DNA of 64,000 bases, taken from assembly GCA_951406725.2 (NCBI GenBank), contig OX597821.1, forward strand, positions 53,568,001-53,632,000. The letters are read 5' to 3'. This document shows positions 1 through 14,314 of this stretch, piece after piece. Below the pieces are notes generated by a model. It searched no databases. It saw only the letters and a list, made by a program, of their open reading frames with translations, and was not told where the DNA came from. A program made the position numbers and the translations under genes. The DNA comes from Octopus vulgaris. Its lineage: Eukaryota. The first letter of the stretch is position 1. Every line of letters starts with the position of its first letter.

Positions 1-1489
1 ATCTTGAAATATATTTAAACTTGTATCTTCTATTTTTACAGAGACGACGACTATACAATGACTGTAATGTTGTTATAGCCTTGATAAAGACTTTGTTAGT
101 ACTTAGTAATGAATACCTAAAGCTATATCTTAGCTTATTCGTCATTTTTATTTGAAAAACGTAGTTCGGCTTGTAGAAATTTCAGATACACAAGACTCGA
201 ACGCAGCACATATTCTGCATCCAATCCACTTTTGTTTTATCAATTCTGTTCACTCCCAATCATGTTAATCAGTTGGATTCGTTGGTACAACCACAGCACA
301 CACTCATTGTAACCTTTCAGTGACCAAGTAATTAACATCGAACCGCTAATTAACATGAAATCGGACAACATTAGATTAATATTCATAATCATATACTGTG
401 TTTTATTAAGTTTGCAGTGAAACGATTAGTTGAAACTATTTCAGTGTCTTGTAAGAAATTATTCACATCACGTAGGCCACAAGAAGAAAGTTCCTTGAAA
501 CGAAGTCCGCTAACTAGTCCCCAGTTGTGTATAAAATAGTAGCAAAATGTCTTGCAGTTTAAGCCCCACTGTCATAAGAACTCAAGGATTAATGCAGTCC
601 TTGGTACGATAGCAATCACAAACTAAAAGGCAGCGCAGTTTGATATCATGTATTCCATACAGACACAAGCAATGGAAGATTTACTTGATTTCTCGGTATA
701 CTAGAAAAATGACCCTAAAGCTTTCAAGTCATACGCTATCATTTAATGAAAGTAAGGTTATTTTGGACAAAGTAGATGAAAAAATATATACCAAAAAGAT
801 TGAGATGATTATAGCAGGGACACTTTTGGTTCATAGATCTGATCCATCAGGGACTTAAAGCTAAGCAACAATCAACATGAAGTTAAACTTTAGTACCCCA
901 CCCATCTGCAAATCATTGTCAACACTTCGAAAGAAGTACAAAAAGTATGAGAGGCAATGAGATATAGTTATAAGTATCGAACACCGATCCATGAATCGGC
1001 CTGTTGCGATTTTAGCATCTCCCGTTGCACATGTTTTATATGCTCCTGAAAGTGTTTATTCAGTTATTTCTGATGAATGAGGTCGACATTCATGATAGTA
1101 CTATAAACCATATAGTACTATATCTCACTATAGACCAGAGAAAGAGCCGGTTTCTAACCTGGTATTTGTGCACTTTGTGTGTATGTGTCCAGTATTTTGG
1201 AATCAGTGCATGTGCAGATCTGAATGTTTTTATGTATGTATTCTCATGCAGATAGTTTCATGTTTAGACATACGCATATGTACTTAAATGTTTTGTAAAC
1301 ATTCTGGAAAGTTTTACAAATTTGTACTGTTCCATTGCATTGATGGTTAGAAACTCTAATCTTCGTATCAGCTTTCTCCTTCCTGGATTTAAGAAGACTT
1401 ATTTCCGAAGATAGGTGGCTTGATAGTTTGTTACGTATCCCAGTGATCTGATGATTACAGGTATACACCTGAACTCGTAATCTGTGTAT

Positions 1490-1527
<38 letters not shown>

Positions 1528-1530
<3 letters not shown>

Positions 1531-1819
1531 TTATATATAAAAGTGAAGTTGTGTGAGTGTCTGTCTCCTACGATTTAGATTCCTAACTACTCCCACATTT
1601 TGCGGTGCAGTGTAACCAAAAGCGGGTATCTTATAGTCGTGATTCATATCGAGCCCTTCTGGGTACTAGCGCACGTCTACGATGAGTCTACGATAAAAAA
1701 AAAAATTACCACCATTTTTTCCCATTTTTTTTGCTATTATATAAGGGAAGTAACTCTCTAAAAATGTTTATATAGTTATTTCCCTTACAAACCCGAGCAA
1801 CGCCGGGCGATACTGCTAG
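1528..1819 (+). mobile_element. Non-autonomous Helitron (short variant)
   Basis: 5' TC, 3' CTAG, inserted A|T within (TA)n; subterminal hairpin CCCGAGC-AAC-GCCGGG (1792-1807); second copy at 56735-57129. Confidence 0.75.
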
Positions 1820-1853
<34 letters not shown>

Positions 1854-2821
1854 CTACCAGGTTGATTTTGTGCATAAGTTTTTCTTATATAGTTTTTGCA
1901 ATAGGTTTTATGCTTCGATACAAGATAGATTTTCCTTCCACTTCAAATTAAGCGCTTTTCCCATAGAATTTAGCACTTCTTTTGTGAGCTATTGAAACAA
2001 TACACATATAAGCATTTCGTGCTGATTTCGTGACATATGATCTTTTATGATTGTTAGAACCGGCTTTCATTATAAAATGCGATGACAAACAGTGCTAGTG
2101 GCATAACTTCATTTAATACCTACTAGATAGAGCATGAATTGCGCATTGTTTCCGGAACATTATTTTCCAGTTTGAGGGACAATTTGGTTTATTGTTGCAG
2201 GTCTATCATCCCCCATCGCAGAATCCATTCGTATCTGTTCAGCTTGAGATATTTCCAGTTAAAAGTGCTATTATTATTCAAGGACATTTGCTTAGAGGAA
2301 ACGTCTTCCATTTTATATGCAAGGATGTTAGAGGTACCTTTTGGACATTTACTGAAAACTACTACCTCATAAATTAAATGGTTCTGAAGCTGGAACCCGG
2401 ATAACAAATGAAATAAATTAAAAACATTACATAGGGATAATTAATGATAGAATCTTCCATAATAGGACAGTTTGCTTCCTCCAGTACATTTGTGATAGTT
2501 GGTATACACCCGAACACAATTCTGGTGAACACTTTTCCAGGGTTAAGTGCGCCATTCATATAGTATTCATATTTTTAAATGTTTCAAGTCAGAATCCGAT
2601 TACACTCGTTACTCAGATATCGCAACCTATGCATGAGTGCAAGCACGCACGCACGCACGCACAAAAACACAAAAACACACATACAGAACACACACATACA
2701 CGCACATTTCTAAACTCATATATAACCATAATTATATAGATATAGCGCGAATTATTGCTTATAGCCATCCATCCATGCATGCATCCATCCATGCAGGATT
2801 CATCCATCCATGCAAGATCTG

Positions 2822-2861
<40 letters not shown>

Positions 2862-4026
2862 AGAGGCCGAGGTAGGGCGAATGGCACCGCGAGTGTCGCG
2901 TTGCGCGCAAGCAACTCTGCCGTCCTGGGTCGACCTTGAGTGACTTCATCACAACCAAAGCATTCTATAGGGGATTAGTGGAGGGGAGGTACGACGACGA
3001 GCTCGGGGCGAACCTGGACGTCGACGAGGAGTACCTGACCCGCCTGTTCGGGACGACTTTCGGGCCAGGGCCCATGGACAACTTCCAGAGATCCCTGGCC
3101 TGGCAGTGCTACCGAGAAGCGCGACTCGTTCGGGATAAGCTCTACAGATACGGCTCGAGAAACACGAGGCCGACCTGCCCGAGATGCGGTCAGAGCGACG
3201 AAACCGTTCTGCACGCACTCGTGCAGTGTCCAACAATTCCCTACCAGTGGGCTTACGTCGAACAACTGCTGTCACGTGTGGGACGAGTCGGTTTATCAGC
3301 TGAGTCTATCGTCAATATTGTCACGCCTCCTTCCTTCAAACGGGAAGGAAGAGCTATTTTCATCATCCTTGTGGCTATGGCGAAAGAATGTATCTGGTGG
3401 ACGCGTCTGAAAGGATTGGAGACAAACACTTTCCTCTCTGGTCAATCACTCATCAACTTCTTCAAGTACCACTTGAAAAGGAAAGTGAGAGTAGAGAGGC
3501 AAGTTTTGTCTAGCGAATTTTAAAAAAAAGATGGGTGAATGTAGCAAGGATGGCACGTATGAATGACGAAGCCACCTTGAGCATAATCCTATGAACCCAG
3601 AAATTGAAAACAGAGGGTTACCCACTTGCAAACAAATATGGTAACATATAACAATATTGACCAAGGTTACCGTGGTCTTTTTCGTAGGCTTTTCTTCCCA
3701 CGGATAAACCTTACTTGCTTTCCCCTTTACACCATACATAAAAACACTGATACACGATCCCTATTGATCGTTTTTTTTCCTCTTTTTTTCCTCTTTTTTT
3801 CATTTCTCTTTTCTTTTGTTCCTTTTCCTTTTTTCTTTTTTTTTCTTCTTTTTTTAATTTTTTGTTCTTTTTTTCCCTTTTACGATCCCTTTTGATCGAA
3901 AACCTACGCCACCTTTTTTTGTTTCTTTTTTTTTGTTTTTTTTTGTTTTTTTCATCCCCCAACAGAAAAGCTCTACATTGAAACTTGTCCCATCTGTGTG
4001 CAGCCCTGTGTGGCTAATAAAGAAAC

Positions 4027-4027
<1 letters not shown>
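2862..4027 (+). mobile_element. 5'-truncated Tx1/L1-clade non-LTR retrotransposon (ORF2 C-terminal CCHC zinc-finger region plus 3' UTR) inserted in (CTAT)n
   Basis: ORF 2936-3523 has CPRCGQSDETVLHALVQC (zf-RVT-like) and AKECIWWTR; GC-rich relative to the flanks; T-rich 3' UTR ends AATAAAGAAAC directly into (CTAT)n; (CTAT)n also on the 5' side. Confidence 0.8.
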
Positions 4028-4057
<30 letters not shown>

Positions 4058-4058
4058 A

Positions 4059-4137
<79 letters not shown>

Positions 4138-4479
4138 CAATCAGCCACAGAGTGATGATTTTATGAAATACACGTCTCAAAATTCACTGATATCCGCAAT
4201 GTTTTAAACTAATTAGCAGGAAATAGAATGCGTAAATTATGTATTACGACATTTAGAATTGTTTCATAATATCGAAGAAGCGTATGCAATATGTATTAAT
4301 ATCAGCTTGTTAATAAATAAATAAAAATTAAATATATCATTGCCTAATGTAGCAACAATCATGATATGGAAATCGGTTGAAACAATTGTAAATCGATGAT
4401 ATAAAGGATCTACTCAGTCATTTCATCTCGTTTATAGTTTTTAAACCTCTGTGCGATTATATGTGTTTCTATAGATACG

Positions 4480-4710
4480 AATATGTAAATGCGTTTACAA
4501 AAAATGGCTAAGTGATGGAATAGTAAACTTACAGGACTGAAAGTACATCAAGGAAAAATAGAGGAGGGGCATCAAGAAGATTTTGGAATGAAGACATTGT
4601 GTAAATCTCCGGCCCCGAAACATGGGTGTACATAACATCAGATGCTGTTTCGTGGAGAAAACGTGTTGAGGCCCTCGTCCAAGAGTGGACAGAACATGAA
4701 CGAGGATGAA
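4480..4710 (+). mobile_element. RTE-like LINE 3' end remnant
   Basis: RGASRRFWNEDIV...WVYITSDAVSWRKRVEALVQEW matches the RTE C-terminal RGRPxxRWxDD...WxxxAxDRxxW pattern. Confidence 0.55.
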
Positions 4711-5180
4711 CTATGTCGCAATGTACATATATACACCGTGCAGTACCTCAACGTTTTAATACATAAGTAAGTGAATAATGTTTATATATACATAAATATA
4801 TATGTGTGTGTGTGCGTGTGTGTGTATGTATATATATATAAATAATATTTGTCGGTATATATATGCATATATATTAATTATACATATATATATATGTGTG
4901 TGTGAGTGTATGTATATATACATGCATATATGGGTACAGGACATCACCAACGGTGCAACGTAAACAAATGAAAGAAAAACGAGGAAAATACGTAAACAAA
5001 AAGAAAAAAACATGGAAAATAGGAAAATTAAACACAGAGAAGGGACCCTTCATTTGTTGTCGGATGTCTATCTACTCCTTCTTTCAGGCATGTATATACG
5101 TGTACAAAAGTATAATTATATATATATGCTTAAATATACATAAATTTACACACACACGTATGTGCATGTATATGCATGCG

Positions 5181-5224
<44 letters not shown>

Positions 5225-5393
5225 CATACATATATACATACATACATATATATATATATACATACATATATATATACATACATATATATATACATACATA
5301 TATATATATACATACATATATATATATATATACATACATATATACATACACACATATATATATATATACATACATATATATATATATACATAC

Positions 5394-5467
<74 letters not shown>

Positions 5468-5469
<2 letters not shown>

Positions 5470-5631
5470 GACAGGATTCTTTCAGTTTCCGTCTACCATA
5501 TCCACTCACAATGCTTTGGTCGGCCAGAAGCTAGAGTAGAACAAGCGTGATGAAGGTGCCATGCAGTAGAACTAAGCCTGGAACCATGTGGTTTGTACGC
5601 AAGCTACTTACCACACAGTCACTCTTGCGCC
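5468..5631 (-). mobile_element. SINE family B, 5' half running into a large (TA/CA)n array
   Basis: CTTTCAGTTTCCGTCTACC...CTTACCACACAGTCACTCTTGCGCC. Confidence 0.8.
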
Positions 5632-5709
5632 TATATATATGTATGTATATATGTATGCATGCATGTATGTATGTGAATTTTTATAAATACTTGCATATCT
5701 GTGTGTGTG

Positions 5710-5756
<47 letters not shown>

Positions 5757-6097
5757 GAAATTTCACTTAGCCACAGCGACTCACATGACCTGTGAAGTGT
5801 ACACTTCATATTCAGGTCTCGGATGATCTATAGGATGTTATGCCTATAGTCCACCGCATCTTATAGTAGAAACAACACTAAGCAAATGGAGTTCATCTCA
5901 TACCATTTGTTTCTTCCGGTAACACTACTTGAAACAGAATGACCTTGTAGATATATTTTGTAGATATATATATATAACTAAAGAGATGCCAACGTGGGTT
6001 TCCGGCCCGACATCCGTAACTCGGAGTTTCAGCATGGCTACCGAATAATTGTCACATATATTTCCATATATATATATATATATTTCCATATATATTT

Positions 6098-6169
<72 letters not shown>

Positions 6170-6181
6170 CGATATATATTT

Positions 6182-6223
<42 letters not shown>

Positions 6224-6429
6224 AACGTAGGATAAAATCTTTTTCGAAAAAAAATTCTTTTCGAATAAAATTTTATCAATGGCCAGCATATTAAAAAATA
6301 CCTTTACAGGTTAAGATTATATGGTTAATGGACAATACGTCCAATTTTTCGGCATATTTGGCTTTAGAAATTTTTCGTTTGCCCTTATTTATGAATTGTT
6401 TATATATATATATATGTGTGTGTGTGTGT

Positions 6430-6461
<32 letters not shown>

Positions 6462-6559
6462 GTGTCTGTGTGTGTCTGTGTGTGTGTGTCTGTTTGTGTG
6501 TTGTGGTATCTATGTCTCAGTAATACAGTGGGCATGTTGCTGACTTCTGTTTGTTCCGG

Positions 6560-7000
6560 GAGACCTCATCGCAGCTTCAATTTCTTCTTGCATTTTTGGG
6601 TATCCATCGTCCTTCAAAGATTCCTGCACATTCATATCGCTATGTCTACGATACTCTGTTAATTTCTATTGTTCTGAACATCGCTATTTGCACCTTATCA
6701 TCATTACTTTTCCCTTATTCTGAAAGCTGTTTTACTTCTGTTTTGGATAATGTTTACTCTAACAGGACTTTTAATTGTTGGAATGGGTTTAAAGTGATTC
6801 TTCCATAATCTCATATTGTTCAGCTTCTTATCTTTTCTGCTGTATCCTGTATTTCCATTACAATTTTCCTATTAATGTTCTTATACTAATTTGTTACTTC
6901 TCTTGTGTGCTGATCGTTCTTTAGTTCCCTTCTTTATCACACACACCTGATACTTTCTTTGTGACCGGTAGTTTAGTTTTACAACCACCTGAGAAAAGAC
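6560..7000 (-). mobile_element. RTE-like LINE remnant (post-RT region)
   Basis: Minus-strand relics MRLWKNHFKPIPT..TLSKTEVKQLSE and GRWIPK; frameshifted. Confidence 0.4.
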
Positions 7001-7089
7001 TGACAGACTTGTAAATGACTGACACCCCAGACCAAGTCGCTGATCATTCTCCTTTTTAACTAACCCTGTACAACTGTGCCTGAATGCCA

Positions 7090-7600
7090 TACCATCAGCT
7101 ACGTAATATTCAGAATCTTTCTTCGTTCAGTGAAACCACAAGACAGACCAGTCCAAAGCGAAAGAAAATTGCCATCTATAAAAGTTGTTTCGCTAATGAA
7201 CAGACTTTCAACTTCTGCAACCTTGAGCGCGAAATATTACGACACCAAGAAAACGAGTTCATTCATAGATTTTATAAAGGCGTTCTACAATCTGTTCGGA
7301 ACACTGTTCGGAAATTGAAGAATTTCGGCATAGACCAGAAGCTGACCTGTTGTTTCAATAATTTTACACCAAAGCAACATGCAAAATAACGACACAATGT
7401 AACATTTGGAGAGGAGTTCCATTCTACTGTAGGAGGTCACCAACGCACTCCAGACCCGTCTATTCTCCTCAGCTTCGTGCTGCAGGTAATTAGCAATGCC
7501 TTCGATAATTATGTGTATACACTCAGCTTTGGAGCGGGGACCATCGCAAACTAAAGATTTGATGGGCTGCCAAAAAAAGATAATATAAATTAATTATATT
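7090..7600 (+). mobile_element. Reverse transcriptase remnant of a non-LTR (RTE-like) element
   Basis: FIDFIKAFYNL, KLKNFGIDQKL, GEEFHSTVGGHQ correspond to RT motifs FIDFxKAFD and GVxQG. Confidence 0.6.
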
Positions 7601-7930
7601 AATCAATTACATTGATGAAATTTCGTTGGAAATCATTTACGTTCTAAGCATGCCTAACTCAAAAGACAGAAATATCACTAAAATATTTAAGCCAATCTTT
7701 AAGAGAACATCAAGAGGAGACGGGGAGATGAGAAAACAACGTCGAAGAAAAAAGAAAGACAGATTGTTAACGAAGACAGGGACTATAAAAAAAAAACGAA
7801 ACAACGACAAGAAATTACACTGTAACGTGTCATAATGGAGCTGCAAAGGTCCTCCTGAAATGTGACGACACAAGTCTCAAGTGCATACATACATACATAC
7901 ATACATACATACATACATACACACACACAC

Positions 7931-7983
<53 letters not shown>

Positions 7984-8036
7984 AGAACAGAGTGTACATA
8001 CATCGCTATATATAAATATATATATATATAAAACAC

Positions 8037-8261
8037 AAAATGGGACAATAACGCAAAACATCCAGAAAACGATAGTAAAAACACGGACGGGTCACTCGAA
8101 GCCTTTAATCTTCAGTCAAGAACCGGATCATCCTCGCAATTTGGGCTGATTAATCTTGCGAAATTGCGAGGATGATCCGGTTCTTGACTGAAGATTAAAG
8201 GCTTCGAATGACCTGTCCATGTTTTTTGTATCGCCTTCTGGATGTTTTGCTTTCTTGTCCC

Positions 8262-8266
<5 letters not shown>
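8037..8266. repeat. Fold-back inverted repeat (~106-bp arms, 18-nt spacer) in (TA)n
   Basis: 8037-8142 is the reverse complement of 8161-8266; inner 47 bp perfect. Confidence 0.9.
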
Positions 8267-8314
<48 letters not shown>

Positions 8315-8315
<1 letters not shown>

Positions 8316-9198
8316 GTGGTGTGATCATTAAGTATCTGGATTGTTGCCATTGTAACGAAGCTATATCACGCGGGGTAACACTACTTGAAACAGAATGACC
8401 TTGAGCTCTTCTTTGCATTCGCACTAACTTTTAATGTTCTAGCTCGATTCCGCTAGTTAAATCAGTGCTTGGAATGAAGTTGTGCAACGTGTGATCATCG
8501 CAATGATCATTACAGAGAAAGTTCAGCAGAGAATGTGCATCAAATTTTACCAAAAGCTTGAAGGTGCCTACTCAGAGGCCTCCGCGAAGTATTCAGAAAG
8601 GTTTCACCTGTCTCAACACAATCAAGGAGATATTGTGCAACTGAAACCCAAGTGTCTTCTTGGTCAGCTGAAAGCAGTTTTGGCACAAACTTGGCAGACA
8701 CGCGTCTCATACATAAGTCTTCAGTGATAATGGACTGAACTGAACTGTAATTAATCTGGTAACTCACGGATGGTGATTCGACGATTTCCCCTTCACAGCT
8801 GCACGTACATCTGCGATGTTTTTTATCGGTTCTGCGCTGGGTGCAGGACTCTGAGAACGTCCTTAATATCGACATTTTTTCGGCCATTTTGGAAACGCCT
8901 GAACGACTCGTACACTAGTTTTCGGCTCATATATCCCTCTCCATACACTTTCTGCCACCTTGGTTACGCCTCTGAACAAGTATCACCATGACAACTTTCT
9001 CTGTCATGCTTAATGCAATGGTGACATGCTACATCTCCATCATTCTACGCACAGCTGTAAACAGCAGAAGTGAGCTAGAACGTTAAAAGTGCGCATGCAC
9101 ATCAGAGTTTGAGGTCAATCTTTGCCAAGTGGCTCTACGCCACATGCTTTAGGTTTGTTACTAAGGCAACAGTTCGAATACATATTGATTCAACCTCT
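8315..9198. mobile_element. Mariner-derived element built from two inverted 5' ends
   Basis: Long degenerate inverted arms; + arm encodes TEKVQQRMCIKFYQKL, minus arm encodes ITEDLCMRRVSAKFVPKLLSADQ (mariner WVP-equivalent motif); TA flanks. Confidence 0.7.
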
Positions 9199-9250
9199 TA
9201 TACACACACATACACAAACGCACATATTCATATATATATATATACATATG

Positions 9251-9302
<52 letters not shown>

Positions 9303-9344
9303 CATATATATATATAAATATATATATATATATGTATACATATG

Positions 9345-9386
<42 letters not shown>

Positions 9387-9403
9387 TATACGTATATATA
9401 TTT

Positions 9404-9434
<31 letters not shown>

Positions 9435-9464
9435 GTGTGTGTGTGTATGTATGTATATATAAGT

Positions 9465-10170
9465 TACACACTGACCGTCCAGGCTAAATTTGGCAGTTTG
9501 CATAAAAGAAAAGGAAACCGCAGGAGCCCATCCAAAAATTTAATTATTTTCAAATATCAAACATTATCATCTATTATTGAGCGATGACAGTTTACTCAAA
9601 GTAACAGCCCTCAGCTTCAACTATAGCTTTAATTCAGCTCCAGTACTTGGCATTTGCGTTTTTTACTGAGTCCTATCGAAGTTCTTCGATCACATCCTTG
9701 AACTTGGCCAACAGCTCGGCCTTCATGCTCTAGGCAGGGCAGGGCAGTTGGTGTCTTTCTTAATCATGATCATGACACGCACTTAGTAATTTATAGGATT
9801 ACAATATTTGGTGGCAATTCGTAGAAATTTGACTCTTTCCGGAAGGATGGCAAGGAAACGAAACCTGGTGCCACACATATGTGGCCTTCCAGCAGTAATC
9901 ATCTCCAGCCAGGAATTGACCAGTCTCAAGAAGCATCACATGGCCCTCTGAATAGAGTCTAATGCCTTGTTTAAAAATGCGGGAATAAAGTCTAGCGAGT
10001 AGACGCAATCACAACGCCTGCTGTGTCCCTTCCTGCAAGCCACAGCTTCCTAGTCTCTGTTGCAGCTGTCCACGTCATGTCCTACAGGACTTATAATGTT
10101 CACTGAGCACTGCGCATCAGTAAAAGTATCGGTATTATGAGAGCCAGCGCGGATCATCATAATACAGGTA
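9465..10170 (-). mobile_element. Degenerate Tc1/mariner (maT/DD37D-like) transposon remnant
   Basis: Minus-strand fragments resembling LETVVxPW..TAGRP...PCHxSGKSQ and the C-terminus IKAIVEAEGCYFE. Confidence 0.55.
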
Positions 10171-10210
10171 ACACTTTTTCAATATTCAGATGGTATCAAA
10201 GTGTTTTTTA

Positions 10211-10446
10211 AGGCGGCGAGCTGGCAGAAACGTTAGCACGTCGGACGAATTGCGTAGCCGTATTTCCTCTGCCGTTACGTTCTGAGTTCAAATTCTGCCG
10301 AGGTCGACTTTTCCTTTCATCCTTTCGGGGTCGATTAATTAAGTACCAGTTACGCACTGGGGTCGATGTAATCGACTTATACCTATGTCTGTCCTTGTTT
10401 GTCCCCTCTGTGTTTAGGCCCTTGTGGGTAATAAAGAAATAGGTAT
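10211..10446 (+). mobile_element. tRNA-derived SINE family A (central domain like Meta/Sauria-type SINEs), full length
   Basis: A-box GAGCTGGCAGAAACG, B-box GAGTTCAAATTC, GTCGACTTTTCCTTTCATCCTTTCGGGGTCGAT...AAGTACCAG core; several copies in the window. Confidence 0.85.
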
Positions 10447-10817
10447 CAAGACTACTATGTCAGCTAACATTTTCTCAAATACAGCTTTAAACTTTCTGTC
10501 CTCCAACGTCCGTTCCTGAAAAGACGAGACAATGTAAATATACATACATAAACGTAAATATACACATACACATGTATATATAGGTGTGTGTGAGCATGTA
10601 TATATATATATATATATATGCAATATACATAATATATATATATATATATACGTGTATATATGAATATATATATAATATATAAATATATATATATATATAT
10701 TTATGTATACGTGTATATATTAATATATATATATATATATAGTGACGTATATTTGCCATTTACGTCACGATGTGTTGCAGCTACTGTTTATAACTCGCTC
10801 TAAGATTTACTTATATA

Positions 10818-10905
<88 letters not shown>

Positions 10906-11327
10906 GTGTCTCTGCGTGTATGTGCCTTCCGATCAAAACCAATCTATTCTTTTCCCTCTAGGCGTACTTTTATGCAGTTGTCACTGACCAAAACAAGTTA
11001 AAGTGTACATTCAGAGAAAATTTTAATGGCTATTTCTGCAGTTCGTAAAACTTTATAGAGTTCGTGACCCAATATAAGAGAGAAGTCAAGTGTTACGAAC
11101 AAGTGTTAAGTTTAGAATATGCAAACATGTCCAGCAATTTTGCTGCGACTAATAAAATATACATACGCGTTCACGCATAGACATAAAGTCAGTTGGAGTA
11201 TGCATGTGCGGGCGTGCGTGAGTGTATAAACAGTCATACCTAAAATGTAAATAGATGTACATATATACATACACAAACTGTGTGTCATACATATATGCAT
11301 AGATATATACACGCACATTATTATTGC

Positions 11328-11378
<51 letters not shown>

Positions 11379-11636
11379 CGTCTGTGCATTATATATTTAC
11401 ACATATATTAATGTGTGTATATTATGTGTATATGTATGTATACACACACACGCATATATATACATACATATATATATATATATATACATATATATTTACA
11501 TATATATATATTTATATATATATTCATATCATTATCATATATATGTATGTATATGTATGTATATATATATGTATATAAATTGATATATATACGTATTTAT
11601 AGATATATAGGTATATAAATATATATATATGTATAC

Positions 11637-11696
<60 letters not shown>

Positions 11697-12016
11697 ATAT
11701 ATGTTTTTGGAATGTTATCCAGTTTTAGTTAACGTATAATTAATGTTCATCAAAGTATGATGTTGAGCTAAGTTTGTAATGTTTGTTTCACAAGCCAAGG
11801 TGTTAGTCTCTTAACATAATTTCCACTTAACTAGTTTGCTTCTTTATTTTATGACTGCAACCTTTCGAGTCGAGCATTTACATAGAATTGGTAATTAAGG
11901 ATTTTAATTACGTTGTATGTTGTATGAGTTAATACCTATCCCACAACGCCACGGCATTGATGATTGTATAGTAAGACTAGCAACAACGATAACACCAAAA
12001 ATATTGATAATAATAA

Positions 12017-12864
<848 letters not shown>

Positions 12865-14314
12865 ACAACACCCTGTTACCTTCATTGTTGTTAGCAGTAG
12901 CAACATCAATATCAAAATACGTGTTAAAAGCAACAGCTGTTTTTTTTTAAAGAATGTGTGTTGCCGTGTGTTGAAGCGCGCGCGCGCGTAATCATTTGTA
13001 GAAATCTGAATTCTTATGAAGTTATAAAAATCTTTACCACGATAAAATTTATAGAACGCTTCTCTACACGTTGTGTGGCTAACATATAACCTGTTCCTCG
13101 TAACACTGATTATGCGGACTTTCTCTGCATTTCGAAAAAGAAATAATTTCTTCGAAGCAACTCAGGTAACCAAGTTTGGAAAATAGAAAGCACACACACA
13201 CACACACACACAGAAACAAACAAACACAAACAAACATACATACACACACTCTCTCTCTCTCACACACACACCATATACGCAAAACATAATTCTATTGTAG
13301 TTATATTGAATTGTATTAAGAAAATAGAAAAAAAAAATAGTGTCAGCAACTGATTATTAGTGTACACATATTTACATAGTATTTGGTATGACTATATAAA
13401 AATTAACAGTAGTCACTGATAGTCATGTGTGTGTGTATGTGTGTATGTGTGCTTGTGTGTGTGTGTGTATGCATGTATGCATACAGTAGGAACTATTCTA
13501 CATGCTGCTATATAGAGTGGTTTTTTAAAAATAGCTACTATGCACATGTTTATAGTGTCGTAGACACTATTATAGGCGAGTGCGTGTTATATATGTATTA
13601 ATATTATTCTAACCACCACTATGTAAGAACGCGTGCTTTATATGTGTAATTACTGACGTATTTAATTGCCTTGTAAGATGCAGATATACAATTTACGATA
13701 CACATGTGAACACTTCTCTACACACGTGCATTTCGGATACGTGTTATATGCTGATTCTATTAATCGAACCACAACAAGGAATGCTGAAGCGAATATAAAC
13801 CAAGTTTTTAAAGTATGCTTCCTGATCAAAAGTTGTTTAATTGTATATGTGGTAGTAGGCGTGCATCAGCTCGTGCGTTTATACGTAAGGTATGTATCGC
13901 TATGTACACGCTGACAAACGTACTCGCATAAGTATAAAGTATAGGAATGAACACAAACACACGCGCGTACCCCCTCCCCCCACACACACACATACATACA
14001 CAAACACGCACACACACACGGGAATAAAATCTGTGACTGATTGTGTGAAAACGCGTAAGCTTGTGAAATGCTTAGTGTTTCAATGTTCATATACTAAACT
14101 GAACTACTTTCGGTTTTCCCATTTATGTATGTATGTAGGCATGCAGGTATGCATGTATGTATATATGTATGTGTATGCATGTTTGTATGTATGTATATCT
14201 GTTTGTATGTATGTATAGGTGGGTTGGAATTTGCCTGTATATGAAGGGAAATTGTAATCGACGCGCGTGTGTAAACCCCAGTTATACTCAATTTAAAAAA
14301 AAAGGATTAATTAC

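Noticed and set aside
640-960. Possible LINE RT remnant
   Set aside because: Too degenerate; no diagnostic motif could be read.
2139-2559. Cluster of short non-repetitive ORFs considered as exon 2 of the NPR-like gene
   Set aside because: No resemblance to the expected next segment (IVILC...IMxxA...GEYVF) and no recognisable domain.
4896-5550. Long ORFs rich in YI/HT/CV (also at 9109-9503, 17191-17909, 53554-54270, 57681-58156 and elsewhere)
   Set aside because: Stop-free translations of (TA)n/(CA)n/(TG)n microsatellites; not proteins.
10211-10300. tRNA gene-like A/B boxes (also in other SINE heads)
   Set aside because: No full cloverleaf; continuous with SINE bodies.
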